A DNA stretch of 64,000 nt from assembly GCA_951406725.2 (NCBI GenBank), contig OX597820.1, positions 77,810,001-77,874,000 on the forward strand. Reading direction: 5' to 3'. The notes beneath the pieces were generated by a model. That model was not told the origin of the DNA. It worked only from the letters and a program-made list of their open reading frames with translations, and ran no database searches. Shown in pieces: positions 37,281-50,969 of the stretch. Within the stretch, counting starts at the first letter, position 1. Each line of letters starts with the position of its first letter. The position numbers and the translations under genes were made by a program. Source of the DNA: Octopus vulgaris (Eukaryota).

Positions 37281-38571
37281 CGAGGGACGTTCAATAGGTA
37301 ATGCCTCTGACTCACTTGCAGTTATTTGATCTAGCGGAAATTTTGGATGTGCAATCATTTATATCTCTATAGAGTAAGTGGCAAATTACAGCTCTGAATT
37401 AATTGTGGTTTCTGATTTACAGGTGCTTGAACCGAGTCAAGTGTGAAATGGAGCCTGTTGAGTGTCGAGCAGTGATCTGGTTTTTGTATTTGAAAGGACG
37501 CACACCACGGGAGACTTTTGATGAAATGAAAGTAACTTATGGTGATGATGCCCCATCATATGACCTTGTAAAACGCTGGCATCGTGAATTCAAACATGGT
37601 CGGAACTCTATGGAAACAGCTCCCAGATCTGGTCGCCCCCTTCTGCCATTGATGAGGCATCTGTCCGTCAAGTTGAGGCTGCCATTTTGGAAGATCGACG
37701 CATAATTATTCGCCAAATAGCCCATGAGGTCAAGATTAGTACCGGGTCTGTGGAAACTATCATTCATGACCATTTGCATATGCAAAAGGTGTCTGCCAGA
37801 TGGATTCCCAGGTTGCTCACGCCTTTCCAGAAGCAAGAACGCGTCGTGTGCTCGAGGGTGAATTTGGAGATGTGCCAAGAAGATGAGTCAAATTTTTTCA
37901 AAAGACTGATTACACAGGATGAAACCTGGGTCCATCACGATGATCCAGAGACAAAAGCCCAGTCAATGCAGTGGAAGCACCGTGACTCACCCCCTCCAAA
38001 GAAGGCAAGGGTGCAGCCCTCCGCTGGCAAGGTCATGCTCACAGTCTTCTGGGACCAGGACGGAGTAGTGATGACAGATTTCCTGGCAAAGGGTACCACA
38101 ATTGCAGGAGCCTATTATGCTTCACTTTTGAGGAAATTAAGAGAAGTTATCAAAATCAAGAGGCGGGGCAAGATCAGCAAAGGCATCCTCCTCCTGCAGG
38201 ACAACGCTCCGGTCCACAACTCGTTTGTCGCCAGATCAGAAGCACAGGCGTATGGCTATGAACTCCTCCCGATCCCCCCTACTTTCCTGACCTTGCACCC
38301 TCTGATTTTCACTTCTTCCCAATCATGAAGTTGTTTTTGAAAGGAAAGCGTTTCCCAGATGATGCAGCCTTGATTTCTGAAGTTACGTTGGGGTTGGAGG
38401 ACCAAGCTGGGTTCTTCTACAAAAACGGTCTCCAGAGCCGCATCAAACGATGGGAGAAATGCGTAACTCTGGGTGGTTCCTATGTAAAAAAAGACTAATA
38501 ACTGTGCCAAGTTTTGTTGCTCTACTGCTATGGGAAGTGGGTCAGGGGCATTACTTATTGAACGCCCCTCA
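37281..38571 (+). mobile_element. Full-length mariner (DD34D) transposon, 1291 bp, TA TSD
   Basis: TA|CGAGGGACGTTCAATAGGTAATGCCTCTGACTCACTT ... AAGTGGGTCAGGGGCATTACTTATTGAACGCCCCTCA|TA. Confidence 0.95.
37448..38498 (+). pseudogene. Mariner transposase with two frameshifts
   Basis: MEPVECRAVI..RSGRP / WIPRLL, ITQDETW, LLQDNA / YFPDLAPSDFH..RWEKCV..GSYV. Confidence 0.92.
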
Positions 38572-38789
38572 TATAGTGGCGTCATTTAATTTAAGAACGA
38601 TTGTATACTAACGTTAAAATGGCATTTTTTTTTATATATTCAAGTTGTAATTTGTGAATTAAGATGTATATCAAAATAAAGAAAATTTAATGAGCATTAA
38701 TGTGGTATGCAACTTTACAGCGTAACATCAATAAATTAATTGTAAATTAACAAATTAAGACCCCCAGCACTTTAACTGGTCCGTCGGTC

Positions 38790-40090
38790 CTAGGTCCGTC
38801 GGTCCTAGGTCCGGCGACACCATCTGATGGCATCATCCTGAATCTCCAGGAGCCAAACCGCAAAACAACCGATTTGTCGGTGCCTCTGCAACTGATTCAT
38901 GCTCCTTTAGGACGGTGCCAACCGTCTCCACTCCGGAGGCGTCCGACACCATGACTATGACATCGTTCGCATATGCTGACACTGCTCTTTCCTCGTTCCA
39001 TTTCGAAAGGGATGCCCCTTAGCTGTTCCAACTTCCGAAACAGTGACTTGAGTACCAATACGTATAGAAGAGGCGACAGCTGTGAGCTCCGACGGACCAA
39101 GTGTGGGATGTCAAACAACTCTGAAAGCTAGCCGTTTACTTTGACCACGGAACAGTTGCCCCTGAGCATTGCAGTGACCCAGCCTCTGAAAACGGGTCCG
39201 AAACCGCTTGCTTTCTGGACGGCTTCCAAGTAGTGATGGTCAACCGTATCGAATGCTTTTGATTGATCCAAGTAGATCAGAGCACCCCCAAACCCCGCTG
39301 TAGTCCCAGCCCTCACTGCGATATATCGCATAAGGTGGAGGTTGTGGAGGTTGTTGAGGATAGACCTACTCGGGATTGCACACGTTTGCGCTTCTCCGAC
39401 CAGGCTACCGACGACAAGCACCAATCTTTTCGTTACGGGCCGAAAATGTTCTATTACGTCCACATTATAGGCCTCCTTCCTCTGCAGTGTCACTACACTT
39501 CTTCTAAGAACACTAGGAATTCTCCCGTTCTGTTGCCAATTGCAGTAGCCGTCTGCTAAGAGGTCCCCAAACAAATCTGGCATGAATATATAGAACTCGT
39601 TAGGTAGACCATCCAAACCGGGTGATCTGCGACTTGTGCAATCGCTCATCGCCTCCCGAATTTCAGCGGCTGTTATCGGCCTTTCACATAACCTCGCATC
39701 AGCTGCCGAGAGTCACAGCAAGTCATCCAAGTACGAATTAAGTACTGTACCATAGTCAACCCATCGCCCTCTCCAAACAGCAGCGAAGTGCTGCTGAAAA
39801 GCCGCACACATCTGCTCAGAGTCGCGTAGCACGCGCCCATCCTTATCCGTCAAAGACGTGATTGTGGTTTTCTTTCCACGTTGTGTCTCCACCGTACTAG
39901 CCCCTCGTACAGCTTTAGTTATTTCCTGGTTTAGTGCACGGGCCTTAGCTCTAACAACGTCGCCTTCGTCTTTCGCTTCGACGAAATGATCAAGGATCAT
40001 TCTCGCTGCTAACACATCGGTCGCAATAAAATTTTTAATTACCTCTTCTAATTTACTAAGTAGTTCAACTCTAATCTATTCCTTTCTATT
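38790..40090 (-). mobile_element. Tx1/L1-clade LINE, degenerate RT fragment
   Basis: SPGLDGLPNEFY, FRPVT, EAQTCAIPSRSILNNLH, LDQSKAFDTVDH, VVKVNG, V.RSSQLSPLLYVL. Confidence 0.85.
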
Positions 40091-40124
40091 GCTAACTCTT
40101 TGCGAAACGCTATTTGATTAGATT

Positions 40125-41550
40125 TCCTGATACAAACTCTAAGATGCATTAGCAAAGATATAGACATGGAATTTGGCATAGATAAGTGTGCAATACTAAT
40201 CATGAGATGGCCAGGTAGTCAAAAGAGAAGGCTTCCAACTGCTAGTTGGGCAGACAATAAAATCATTGAAAGGAGGAGAGAGTTATATATATCTATGGGC
40301 ATTAGAATCTGACAGAGTACTAACTATAGAAATTGAAAACGAAAATTGAGAAGGGGTATATCCGAAGGGTGAGGAACCTAATGAAGTGAAATCTATATGG
40401 TTTGAATCTAATAAAAGACTGTAATTACCTGGGCAGTATTATTACTTAGATACTCAGCATCTTTTGTAGATTGGACAAAAACTGAATTAGTAAAGCTAGA
40501 CAAAAGAACTAGGAAGGAATCTAATATGAATAGAAGACTCCACCCAAGGGCCGGAGTAGCAAGATTATACCTACCTAGAATGGAGGGCGAAAGAGGGTTA
40601 ATATCAATAGAAGATTGAGTGGAGTTAGCTAGAGTACATATAGACTCCTATGTAGGTAATAGTGCAGAAAGTTTATTAAAAGCTAATACATTCACAGCAA
40701 GATATAGGGAAAGCAAAAATCTAAACGAACTTCAAAACCAGAAAAAGAACAGAAGTTATCTGACCGGCAGGTCGATTTCCGAAGATAGATTCAGCAAGTA
40801 GTATTGGTGATATAGTGTTATGGTTAGAGAAAAGAAAGCTGAAAACGGAGACAGAAAGTTTGCTCGTAACAGCACAACATTAAGAATTAAGGACTAATTG
40901 GAAAAAAAGTCAAGCTATACAAGAGCCAATTATATTCCGAATGTAGTCTAGAAAAATCAAAAGAGGAAAGCATTACACATATAGTTACTGAATGAAGCAT
41001 GCTGGCATAGAAAAATTCAAGAAAATACATGACTACCTACGGAGAGTAATCCACTGCTAGTTATGTAGAAAGCTAGGATTTAAATATAATGATAAACAGT
41101 ATGGACATGAACCTAGTAAATTACTAGAAAGTTGTGGGACTTTAACATTCAGACTGACAGAGTAATAGAAGCTAGTAGGCCTGATTTAGTAGTAAAGAGA
41201 ATAGAAAGTGTCAGATAATTGACTTTACAGTCCCAAATGATGAAGAAAATAAGAAGTATAAAAAAATAGCGAAGTACCAGGACGAAGCTTTTGAATAACA
41301 GAGACTATTGAAAGTGCGGGTAAAATGTAGCCCACTAGTTATAGGTGCATTGGGAACTATCCCTAAAGATCTGAAGAGATGGACAGAGGAAATAGGCATA
41401 AATCCACTTTAGTACAGCTGCAGAAAGCAATGCTATAAGGGACAGCTGGGATACTTAGGAGAGTTCTTGGCATTTAACTTTACATGTTTTAGCCCGATGA
41501 TAGGATTTTTTCTCATCCAACAGTGTAATATGTTATGTGTATAATATTAA
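40125..41550 (+). mobile_element. R4/Dong-like element, another family, heavily degenerate 3' half
   Basis: SKDIDMEFGIDKCA, ARLYLPRMEGERGLI, WDFNIQTDRVIEASRPDLVV, GTAGILRRVLGI*. Followed by (GAA)n. Confidence 0.85.
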
Positions 41551-41722
41551 CAAGAAGAAGCAGAAAAAGAAGAAGAAGAAGAAGAAGAAGAAGAAGAAGA
41601 AGAAGAAGAAGAAGAAGAAGAAGAAGAAGAAGAAGAAGAAGAAGAAGAAGAAGAAGAAGGATAATGATGATCATGATCATGATCATGATGATAATGATGA
41701 CAACGAGGAGGATGACGACAAC
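41551..41722. repeat. (GAA)n/(GAT)n microsatellite
   Basis: Directly visible. Confidence 0.95.
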
Positions 41723-42094
41723 GATATTCTAGCATGAATGCAAGGAATTATATTTCAACATGGTGTATATTAAACTTAAATTCTTTAGTATATCGAGACC
41801 GGAAGGCTGAACGATTTCTATCAACGGGATTTCGAAATCTTTATGAGAAGTAAGCCAGGTGTATATGAGCATTTAAAAAAATAGTGCAAAACATATTGCG
41901 TAAAATACCACTTGATAGAATATCCTATGGAAATCGAATCCTCATTCTGCCGATAGGAGCCGGCTATAATTCTATACACAAATTATATTCCAAGAAACTT
42001 TCTACTGTCTAAATCAGAAATCAGAAATTCAGCAGATTTATTAGCGTTTCTATAAAGCATTGCAAAGATGAGCATACACATAAAGTTGCATAAT

Positions 42095-42117
42095 TATCTA
42101 TTCATCTATCTATCTAC

Positions 42118-42184
<67 letters not shown>

Positions 42185-42674
42185 CCTATCTAATTTACAA
42201 CATGAAATTGCTGTGATACACGATCCCTATTGATCGTTTTTTCCTTTCTCTCTCTTTTTACGATACCTTTTGATCGAAAACCTATCCCCCTTTTTATTTT
42301 TTATTTTAATTTTATTTTTTATCTGCCCCAAAAGAAAAGCTTTGCTTTGTAATTTGTCCCCTCTGCGTTCAGCCCTGTGTGGCTAATAAAGAAACATATC
42401 TATCTATCTGTTTATCCGTCTATCTGTCTGCCTATCTCCCTATCCCTGTGTCCGTCTATCGATCGGTCTGTCTATCTGTCTATCTATCTATCCGTCTATG
42501 TTTCTACCTGTCTATCTCTCTATCTATACAATTATCTATTTATTTATCCACCTGTGTATCTTTCCATCTATCTATCTATATATCTATGTATCTATCAGTC
42601 TGTCTTTCTGCCTGTCTATCTAGCCATCTGTCTATCTGCCTGTCTGCCTATCCATCTGTCTATTTATCTATCTG

Positions 42675-42724
<50 letters not shown>

Positions 42725-42898
42725 AATCTATCTATCTTTCTATCTGTCTGTCTATCTATCCAATTATCTATCTATTTCTCCATCTATCTATCTATCCATC
42801 CATCTATCAAACTTTTTATCTATCTAATATTTCTATTTGTCTGTCCATCTATCAATTCATTTATCTATCTGTTTATCTGTCTATCTATTTATCTATCC

Positions 42899-42980
<82 letters not shown>

Positions 42981-42996
42981 ATGTCTGTCTATCTAC
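42095..42996. repeat. (TATC)n/(TGTC)n tetranucleotide array interrupted by a ~200-bp insert
   Basis: Directly visible. ORFs 42377, 42379 and 42837 are its translation. Confidence 0.95.
42195..42396 (+). mobile_element. LINE-like 3' end embedded in (TATC)n
   Basis: T-rich UTR-like segment ending AGCCCTGTGTGGCTAATAAAGAAAC directly before (TATC)n. The last ~45 nt are homologous to the SINE family B tail. Confidence 0.5.
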
Positions 42997-43419
42997 AGAC
43001 GTACAAGTTCAACAAACTGGTTCACAGTGGATTTTCTTCCTTTGTCATTTCCCTTTTCAATCATTTTATACGCATTAGAAAATGTTATGTTGCATCACCA
43101 AATGTAATTGATAGTTAATTATAAATTACAACGCAATTTTTGACGTTTCTTGTTATCTATGCAATTGTAATACAAACGTTGGTGATTTAAACTTTGGCTA
43201 ATTATTGACAAATCAATCAATGTAAATTTGCTTTCCATTGCTATCTTACATTTCTAAATGGCATGGACGGTCGCTGACACCTATATGCTTAATGAAGACC
43301 GTTTTAAGGTTTTGAACTCATTATGCCTGTCATGATGTGATCATTACGTAAGGGATACACTAATTGATAAATGCACATCACTTCATGGGCGTTATCATAT
43401 ATTCTTTCAGTATATTTTA

Positions 43420-43630
43420 TTCTTTTACGTGTTTCAGACATTTGACTGCAGCCATGCTGGAGCACTGCCTTTAATCGAGCAAATCAACCGCAGGACTTAT
43501 TATTTGTAAGGTTAGTACTTATTCTATCGTTATCATGTGCCGAAGTGCTAAGTTACGGGGACGTAAACACATCAGCATCGGTTGTCAAGCACCAGTGGAA
43601 GGAATAAACACAGACATATAAACATATATG

Positions 43631-43722
<92 letters not shown>

Positions 43723-43897
43723 TATATATATATATATACATGTTTCTATCATTTTCGTCTACCAAATCGACTTACAATGGTTTGGTCGGCCCAAAGCTAT
43801 AGTAGAAGACACTTGCCCAAGGTGCTACGCAGTGGAACTGAACCCGGAACCATGTCGTTGGTAAGCAAGCTACTTACCACACAATCACCCTGCCCCT
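43420..43897 (-). mobile_element. SINE family C with long internal (TA)n
   Basis: Matches 25385-25863. Confidence 0.85.
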
Positions 43898-43901
43898 ATA
43901 T

Positions 43902-43943
<42 letters not shown>

Positions 43944-44242
43944 CACACATACACGCATATATATATATAGAGAGAGAGAAGAGATAGACCGAATTGTAGA
44001 CGTATTTAGAACACACTTATAACACATATATAAAGGGAAAGTGAGTGATGAAAGAGAAAACTGAGAACAGTGTTAGGATTTCGAATGCAGGGAATATATG
44101 CAGATCGAAAGTGATTATCAAAATACGCAAGAGATTTAATGAATATTTAAGTTAAGAAAATCAAAGTTCATTATGTTAATATAATTTTCTGGCTGGAAGA
44201 TGGAAAAAACAAAATACATATTTTTATTTAGTGCCTAATATT

Positions 44243-44640
44243 TCCATCCATTCATCTTTTCCGCCTTCTGAGATGGTCGTGCGAGCTGGATTTCCAACCG
44301 TGACCAACTGGGACTATGGATATTATCCAAGCATATCGTTCTTGGTCTACCACTAATTTCCAGTCGATTATCTCATCTTGAAGAATCCGTCTTGCGATCC
44401 TCTCCAGTGATATTTCAATCGTATATCTGTGTCAGTAGTACCCTGTTTTGTGACCAATCAAAGAAAAGAAGGGGCGACGCCTTTATCTCTCAGTTATATA
44501 CCTTGTCGAGCAATGTTATCCCGAAAATCCTTAGGAGGAACCCTAATTCGGTCGCTTGTATCCGCAAGAGTATGCTTTAAGTCCTTCACCAACGTGCATG
44601 ACTGTAAGTCATTATAGACACCATAGCTGAATGGAAGGTA
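44243..44640 (-). mobile_element. RTE-like LINE 3' fragment
   Basis: Minus-strand translation fragments RIQATELGFLLRIFGITLLDKV and LDNIHSPSWSRLEIQ, ending in a GATG-type tail. Confidence 0.6.
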
Positions 44641-45171
44641 ACAAGTTTGGATTATCTGAGGAGATAATGCTAATGCCGGCGATTTACTGTACCAGCACCT
44701 CTAATTCTACCAGCCAACCAGGCTTTCAGTTTCCCTTCAATCGTGTATATATCCCTCTCATACTAAAACTACTCAACTTGGCCCAGTGATATGGTATTCT
44801 TGTTGCCAAGAACAATTTTCAGATTTATTTCATGAATCAATAAGTTGTGTTATAAGCACAGAAACTGCTCGGTAGGTTAGTTTTAGTCCGTTATTTGTGT
44901 CTGACATTTGCTCCGTTACGACTATCCAACATAGAATGTATGCTGACAGTTTTTCTACTTCAATATCATTTGGCAATTACTGTTAAGCACATACACTCCG
45001 TTTTATCACACAACTTCATTAATATGTAAATTAACGTTGACATGAATGGGATATAGTGTAGCTCGGAGATCAAAAGAGCGATACATTTGAATAGCTTTAT
45101 TTCAGAAGCTATTTTAAGTCGTTTAATTCTATGTTTAATCTGCGATGGATATAATGTTGCTTTTATATGAT

Positions 45172-45560
45172 GGAAGACGGTGGTGAGCTGGCAGAATCAT
45201 TAGCACGCCGGATGAAATGGTTAGCGGCACGTCGTCCGTCTTTACGTTCATGTTTCAAAGCCAACCGAGATCCACTTGGCCTTTTATTCTTGCAGGGTTG
45301 ATAAAATAAGTACCAGTTGCGCCTTAGAGTCGATATAATCGACTAGTCCCCTCCCCCAAATCTCAGGACTTGTGTCTACAGTAAAAAGGATTAGATAATG
45401 GAAGAAGGTGACGAGCGTATAGAATTGTTACATGCCGGGCAAAACGGCTTAGCGACTTATCTTCCGACTCTTTACTTTCTAAGATCGAATCCCGCCACCA
45501 AGTAGGGGATCGATGTAATCGATTTAATTCCTCCTTTCAAAATTGCTGATCTTGAATCCT
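45172..45560 (+). mobile_element. SINE family B, two degenerate copies
   Basis: GAGCTGGCAGAATCATTAGCACGCCGG..GATAAAATAAGTACCAG. Confidence 0.7.
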
Positions 45561-47106
45561 AAAACAGACCAGCGTCCACACTAGAAGGCGATTAAAAGAA
45601 CGTATGATTCGTTAAGCTTCAGAAAATGAAAATATAATTGTTACTACACTCCGAGGCTTTTCGCAACATCGGTGCTTGTTTTATTCACTTATTCCATTAT
45701 CAGTAAAGTGCGCGCCATGGAATAAGTATAAGTCTGCGAGGCCGAATTGCATCTAGTATTCTCCCTGGCTACATGTGGGACAAATTTCAGTGATCTTCTG
45801 ATATTTATTGTGACTTTAATACAGAATGACTACAAGAGAAATTATCCCGGGATCAATACCAAAGTTATTAATCAGACGAGGGTTTGTATGCATTTACAAT
45901 GATACATTGATGACTATTATTATTTTCCATTTGATGTCATTGATAGAGCAATACAATAAACAATCATAGTTTTATGTAATGATTTCGAGCTATTTTTCAT
46001 ACATAAATACATAGAAATTTTCCCATTCATATATCTGTGCTTAAATATCTGAATTAATGTGGTAATAGATTAGCAGTTGCTACCTGGATGCCAAAACTGA
46101 TCATAATCCATTTTATTAATACTACGCTGTCGCTAACATTAGCAGCAGCATTCATATTCATATAAGAATTTAGTGGTTCATAAATCAATTGTAATAGCAA
46201 AAAGATGTTTCACATATTTATATTTATATATTTATATTTTACACGCGCAACTCTAAGAGCATATATATGTGTGTGTGTAGACGTGCATGTACTACGTATT
46301 TATATATGTACGTAAGTGTGTGTGAAAGTATAAATATATATATATACACAGAGGCATAGGCTCTCACACATACACAGATAGATGAATGGATGGATAAGTG
46401 TGCGTACGTGCGTGTATGAATTTTTCAGTGTTAGTATACTCTGATTCCGTACATCTGATGATGTGAATACGTATCTGCGCCTACAAAACTGGTGACAATA
46501 TGAAGCTGGTCAACCCACCTTTTCATTGCTTCCAACTGTAGGTAACTGTGTTGATTGTTATTTTTGTTTATTTCCCTATTCCCTGAATATATCTCTATCT
46601 ATCTACCTATGTGTATGTGTGTGCTTGTATGTATATACATGTATGTAGATAGTGATTGACATACAAGCGGTCAGACAGTATATAGGAGATTTCATTGTAA
46701 GAGTATTTCCAAACGAAAATGCTAAATTTAGTGGTAGGAATTGAAGGAATTTTATATAGTCTAATTAATGTAATCATGTATAAATTGGGGAAATAAATTT
46801 AAGAAATGACACGTTTCTATTTTTGTTTCTTGATTTCTATTTTTGTTCATCAACGTAACTTCTCCAGTTTTAATTAAAGATACTTAAAAGGACATATATC
46901 AGTCTATATTGCTACAAGTTATAAATATCTCTCGACGAGAAGAGAAGGTCGCTCCTACGTCATGATACATTCAACACCATGAGGATGAAAGAAGAGAGTT
47001 AGACATTTTATTGACCATTATACATCGGAAAGTTCATTAAAATCATGATGTGTGTCAAAAACCAGACAACACCCCCGATATGCTATGGATTCAATGTATA
47101 AGAGGA

Positions 47107-47186
<80 letters not shown>

Positions 47187-47389
47187 GAGAAGAACCAGCC
47201 ATCACATTCATATCGATTTACTGTGTTATGTCTCATTTAAGTGGCAGATGTCTAAAGACCATTTGAAAATTTGAGAACTTGTAGAAACCACCAATTACTC
47301 AAAGACAAACATTGTTGATTGAAAGTAATTTCCTGATCTGTAGAAATGGAATATATTGAAATTCTTCTAAAGTCTTATATTCTTATATG

Positions 47390-47572
47390 AAGGCACAGGT
47401 GTGGCTTCCCAATCGCATGGTTCCGGTTTCAGTCGCACTGCGCGGCACCTTCGGCGACTGTCTTAAACTAAAACACTTTTGAATGGATTCTGAAGGTGCA
47501 AACTGAAAGAAACCCGACTTATATATATATATATATATATATGCGTGCGTGTGTGTGTGTACGTGTGTGTGC

Positions 47573-47630
<58 letters not shown>

Positions 47631-47840
47631 TATTCTTTGTTCCTGTGCTTGTCCTCACCCCTCTTTACAACTGGTGTTGGTTTGTGTACGTCCTTGTAAC
47701 TTAGCTATTCGGCAAAGGAGTTCGATAAAATAAGCACAAGGCTTAAAGTTATGTAATAGAGTCGATTCTTTCGACTAAAATTCTTCATGACATTGCCCTA
47801 GCATGCACCTATGACTGAATCAGGTAAAGGATAAGAGATA
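47390..47840 (+). mobile_element. SINE family C, degenerate, with (TA)n/(TG)n
   Basis: AGGCACAGGTGTGGCT..CATGGTTCCGG..GTAACTTAGC.ATTCGGCAAA. Confidence 0.7.
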
Positions 47841-48302
47841 GAAATGTTTCCTTCTCCGACGTGGCAGGAGAAAAATGAATGGCGTCCTTTCGTGTGTGTG
47901 TTGTGTGTGTGTGTGTGTTGTGTGTGTGTGTGTGTGTATGTGTGTGTGTTTGTGTGTGTGTGTATGTGCGTGTGTGTATATGTGTGTGTGTGTGTGTTTA
48001 GAGTTATCTAAATTATTTAATTGTGATTATACTATGGTGTGGGACTGCTTAGCAAGACAAGGTGTTAAATAACTCATCCGAGATATTATTACAATGCGAT
48101 CATCTATGGACGACATCCATTTTAAACACTTGTTATCGTGTAGAAGTTACATGAGGCAGAATCGTAACAGACCAACATGCCCAGCATGTTTTGTTGACAT
48201 TAAGGGCGGTGTGAAAGATTGTAATTTTATTATTATTCTGCCGGTTTACATATATTTTAGTGGATGTATCGAACAACTTTGGCATAATTCATTTACATAT
48301 TA

Positions 48303-48695
48303 CAGGCGTGCCTGTGTGGTAAGAAACTTGCTTCCCAATCACATGGTTCCGGGTTCAGCACTACTGCTTGGCACCTTGGGGAAGTGTCCTCTGCTATAGC
48401 CTTGGGTCGACGAAAGCCTTGTAAGTTAATTTGGTAGACGGAAACTGAAAGAAGCCCGTTGTAAATATATATGAATATATATGTAAATATGTATATGTTA
48501 TGTGTGTTTGTCTCCTCACCATCGCTTGGCAACCAATATTGGTGTGTTTGCGTTCCCGTTAGCTAGCGGTTCAGCGAAAGAGAATGCTAGAATAAGTACT
48601 AGGCTTACAAAGAATTAGTTTTGGGGTCGCGTTTTGCGACTGAAGGCAGTGCTCCGGCATGGTCACCGTCAAATGACTGAGAGAAATAAAAGAAA
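48303..48695 (+). mobile_element. SINE family C (full length)
   Basis: CAGGCGTGCCTGTGTGGTAAG..GGTTCCGGGTTCAG..GGCACCTTGGGGAAGTG..GTCAAATGACTGA. Confidence 0.85.
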
Positions 48696-49181
48696 CAATA
48701 AAAAGAAAAGAAAAGAAAAAAACTATTATGGCTATTGGCTTTTCTATAAATTGGCCAGATACTTTGTATTTTATTCTATTCCAGTATGTCGAATTATTGA
48801 AAGAGAGAGATTTAGATGTCAAAGAGTCAAAGAGCATCGTCTATCCTATGTGAAACTGATGAAATTCTTCAACGGCTTCGGTGAAAAATCGAAAACGTTG
48901 GATTGGAAACATGTAACAGCCAGGGGTAATGAAACATGGTCCAAGAAGTTTTGTCTAATATCTATTCTATTTAGGTCTGTGCTGTAAATCTTTTATTTAT
49001 ATATAAGAGCATTTTCTCCTCACTAATTATTCACTTCCTCCTTCTCTACCTCCTGTGCCTCCCCTTCCTCTTCCTCTGTATCATTTTCATCATCTTTATC
49101 GGTAGCACGTTATTATCATTGTTATTACGGTCGTCGCACCTATCGTTACTATTATCATCATTTTATCACCATTATTCTGAT

Positions 49182-50215
49182 TAAGGCGGCGAGCTGGCAG
49201 CGTCGTTGGCACGTCAGGCGAAATACGTTGTGAGTTCAAATTCCGCTGAGGTCGCCTTTGCCTTTCATCCTTTCGGAGTCGATTAAATAAGTACCAGTTA
49301 CGCAAAGGGGTCGATATAATCGACTTAATCCGTTTGTCTGTCCTTGTTTGTCCTCTCTGTGTTTAACCCCTTGTGGGTTGTAAACAAATAGGTATTTTGT
49401 CTGCCGTTACCCACTGGTTTCAAATTCCACCGAGGTCGATTTCGCCTATCATCCTTTCGGGGTCGATTAAATAAGTACCAATTACGCACTGGGTCCTTTT
49501 GTCTGTCCTTGTTTGCCCCCTCTATATTTAGCCCATTGTGGGCAATAAAGAATTAATTATCCTGATTATCATTATCATCATTTTTATACTTTTGTCAACT
49601 ATTACTCTCAACGTAATCAACTTTACTATCATCATCATCATAATTTATCATCCTCATCATCAATCATCGTTACCATCATACTCATTGCGGTCTTCATCAT
49701 CATCATCGACATTATCATTAACGTTATAATCACCATCATGACCGTATACATCATCTGACATCCTGCTAGCATCTATATTAACCTTGTCATTTCCGCCGTC
49801 ATCTTTGTCATAATTTCCACCATTTAGTCCATCTTTATGTTCAGAGCTCAGATGCCATCACGATTGATATTGCCTTTCAAAACTTCGGAGTCGATAAAAT
49901 AAGTACCAGCTGAACCATGTGATCGATTCAATCGACCTATTCACACCCCAAAACTGCTGACCTTGTGGCAAAATTTGAAACTAATATCTTATAATTTTGT
50001 AAAGCATTTAGCTGGCAAAAGCGTTACCGAGCCAGGAAAAATGCTTAGCGCATGTCTTCCGATTTTACGTTCTGAGTTCAAAAGCCACCACGATCGATTT
50101 TGCTTTTCATCCTTCGATTATCGATAAAATAAATACAGGTTGGATACTGAGATAGATGCAATCAACTTATCCCTTCCCTCAAAATCTCTGGTTTCGTGCC
50201 GAAATTTGTAACATT
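49182..50215 (+). mobile_element. Cluster of SINE family B copies
   Basis: AAGGCGGCGAGCTGGCAG..GCCTTTCATCCTTTCGGAGTCGATTAAATAAGTACCAG, with further cores near 49440, 49870 and 50100. Confidence 0.8.
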
Positions 50216-50795
50216 TGTAAATTTGTATCCGTGTGTCTTATGATTGTTGTAGAATGCTTCCCTGATATTTTAAGTTGCTATCCCGATAATTTTAAGTCTG
50301 CTTCTCAAAAACCCTCCGTTGATGGTGACGAATTTAACAACGACAATAATAAGGAGGAAAGAAGGAGGAGGAGAGAGAGGACGCCGTGGTGGTGTGGGTA
50401 GTTTTGATGGTGGTGGTGGAGGAGGATGTGTAGTATGAGGAGAGGCAGCTGGACGAGAATTTTATGGCAATATGTAATTATGTAGCGTTATTTATTTAAT
50501 TACACCATTCCTGCTGTATTATCTCTCTGGACATATTTTATGCATAATGGCCTTAGTAAATTGAAAAAGAAATTCCAACTTAAATAATAATGCAGAAAAG
50601 CATGTTTAATATGTTTAATAAAAAAATGTTTAATATCATTATACCACTGTTGTTACTGCACAACCTGCTGTACCGCTTGGTTTATTTATACTAAGTATTA
50701 AGTATTAATGTTTCTTTCTTGTTTATTCTGTCAGGCAAATAAATGATGGTGTGCTAGCGATTTTGCTTTTAGAATCTTGTATATTCCCATAATAA

Positions 50796-50862
<67 letters not shown>

Positions 50863-50969
50863 AGAGATAGACAGAAAGAGAGAGAGAGATGGATCTCTGT
50901 CGCTTACGACGACGAGGGTTCCGGTGGCTCCGATCAAGAATTCTCTGAAGAATTCTTAGAGGAATGAAT

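Noticed and set aside
38778-38813. GGTCCGTCGGTCCTA tandem repeat, and short duplications at 5888-5940 and 25451-25548
   Set aside because: Simple two-unit local duplications without spacers, so not CRISPR-like or functional arrays.
46805-46860. TTGATGA...GAAACGTGTC on the minus strand
   Set aside because: No stem I or stem II pairing. The spacer is a local duplication.
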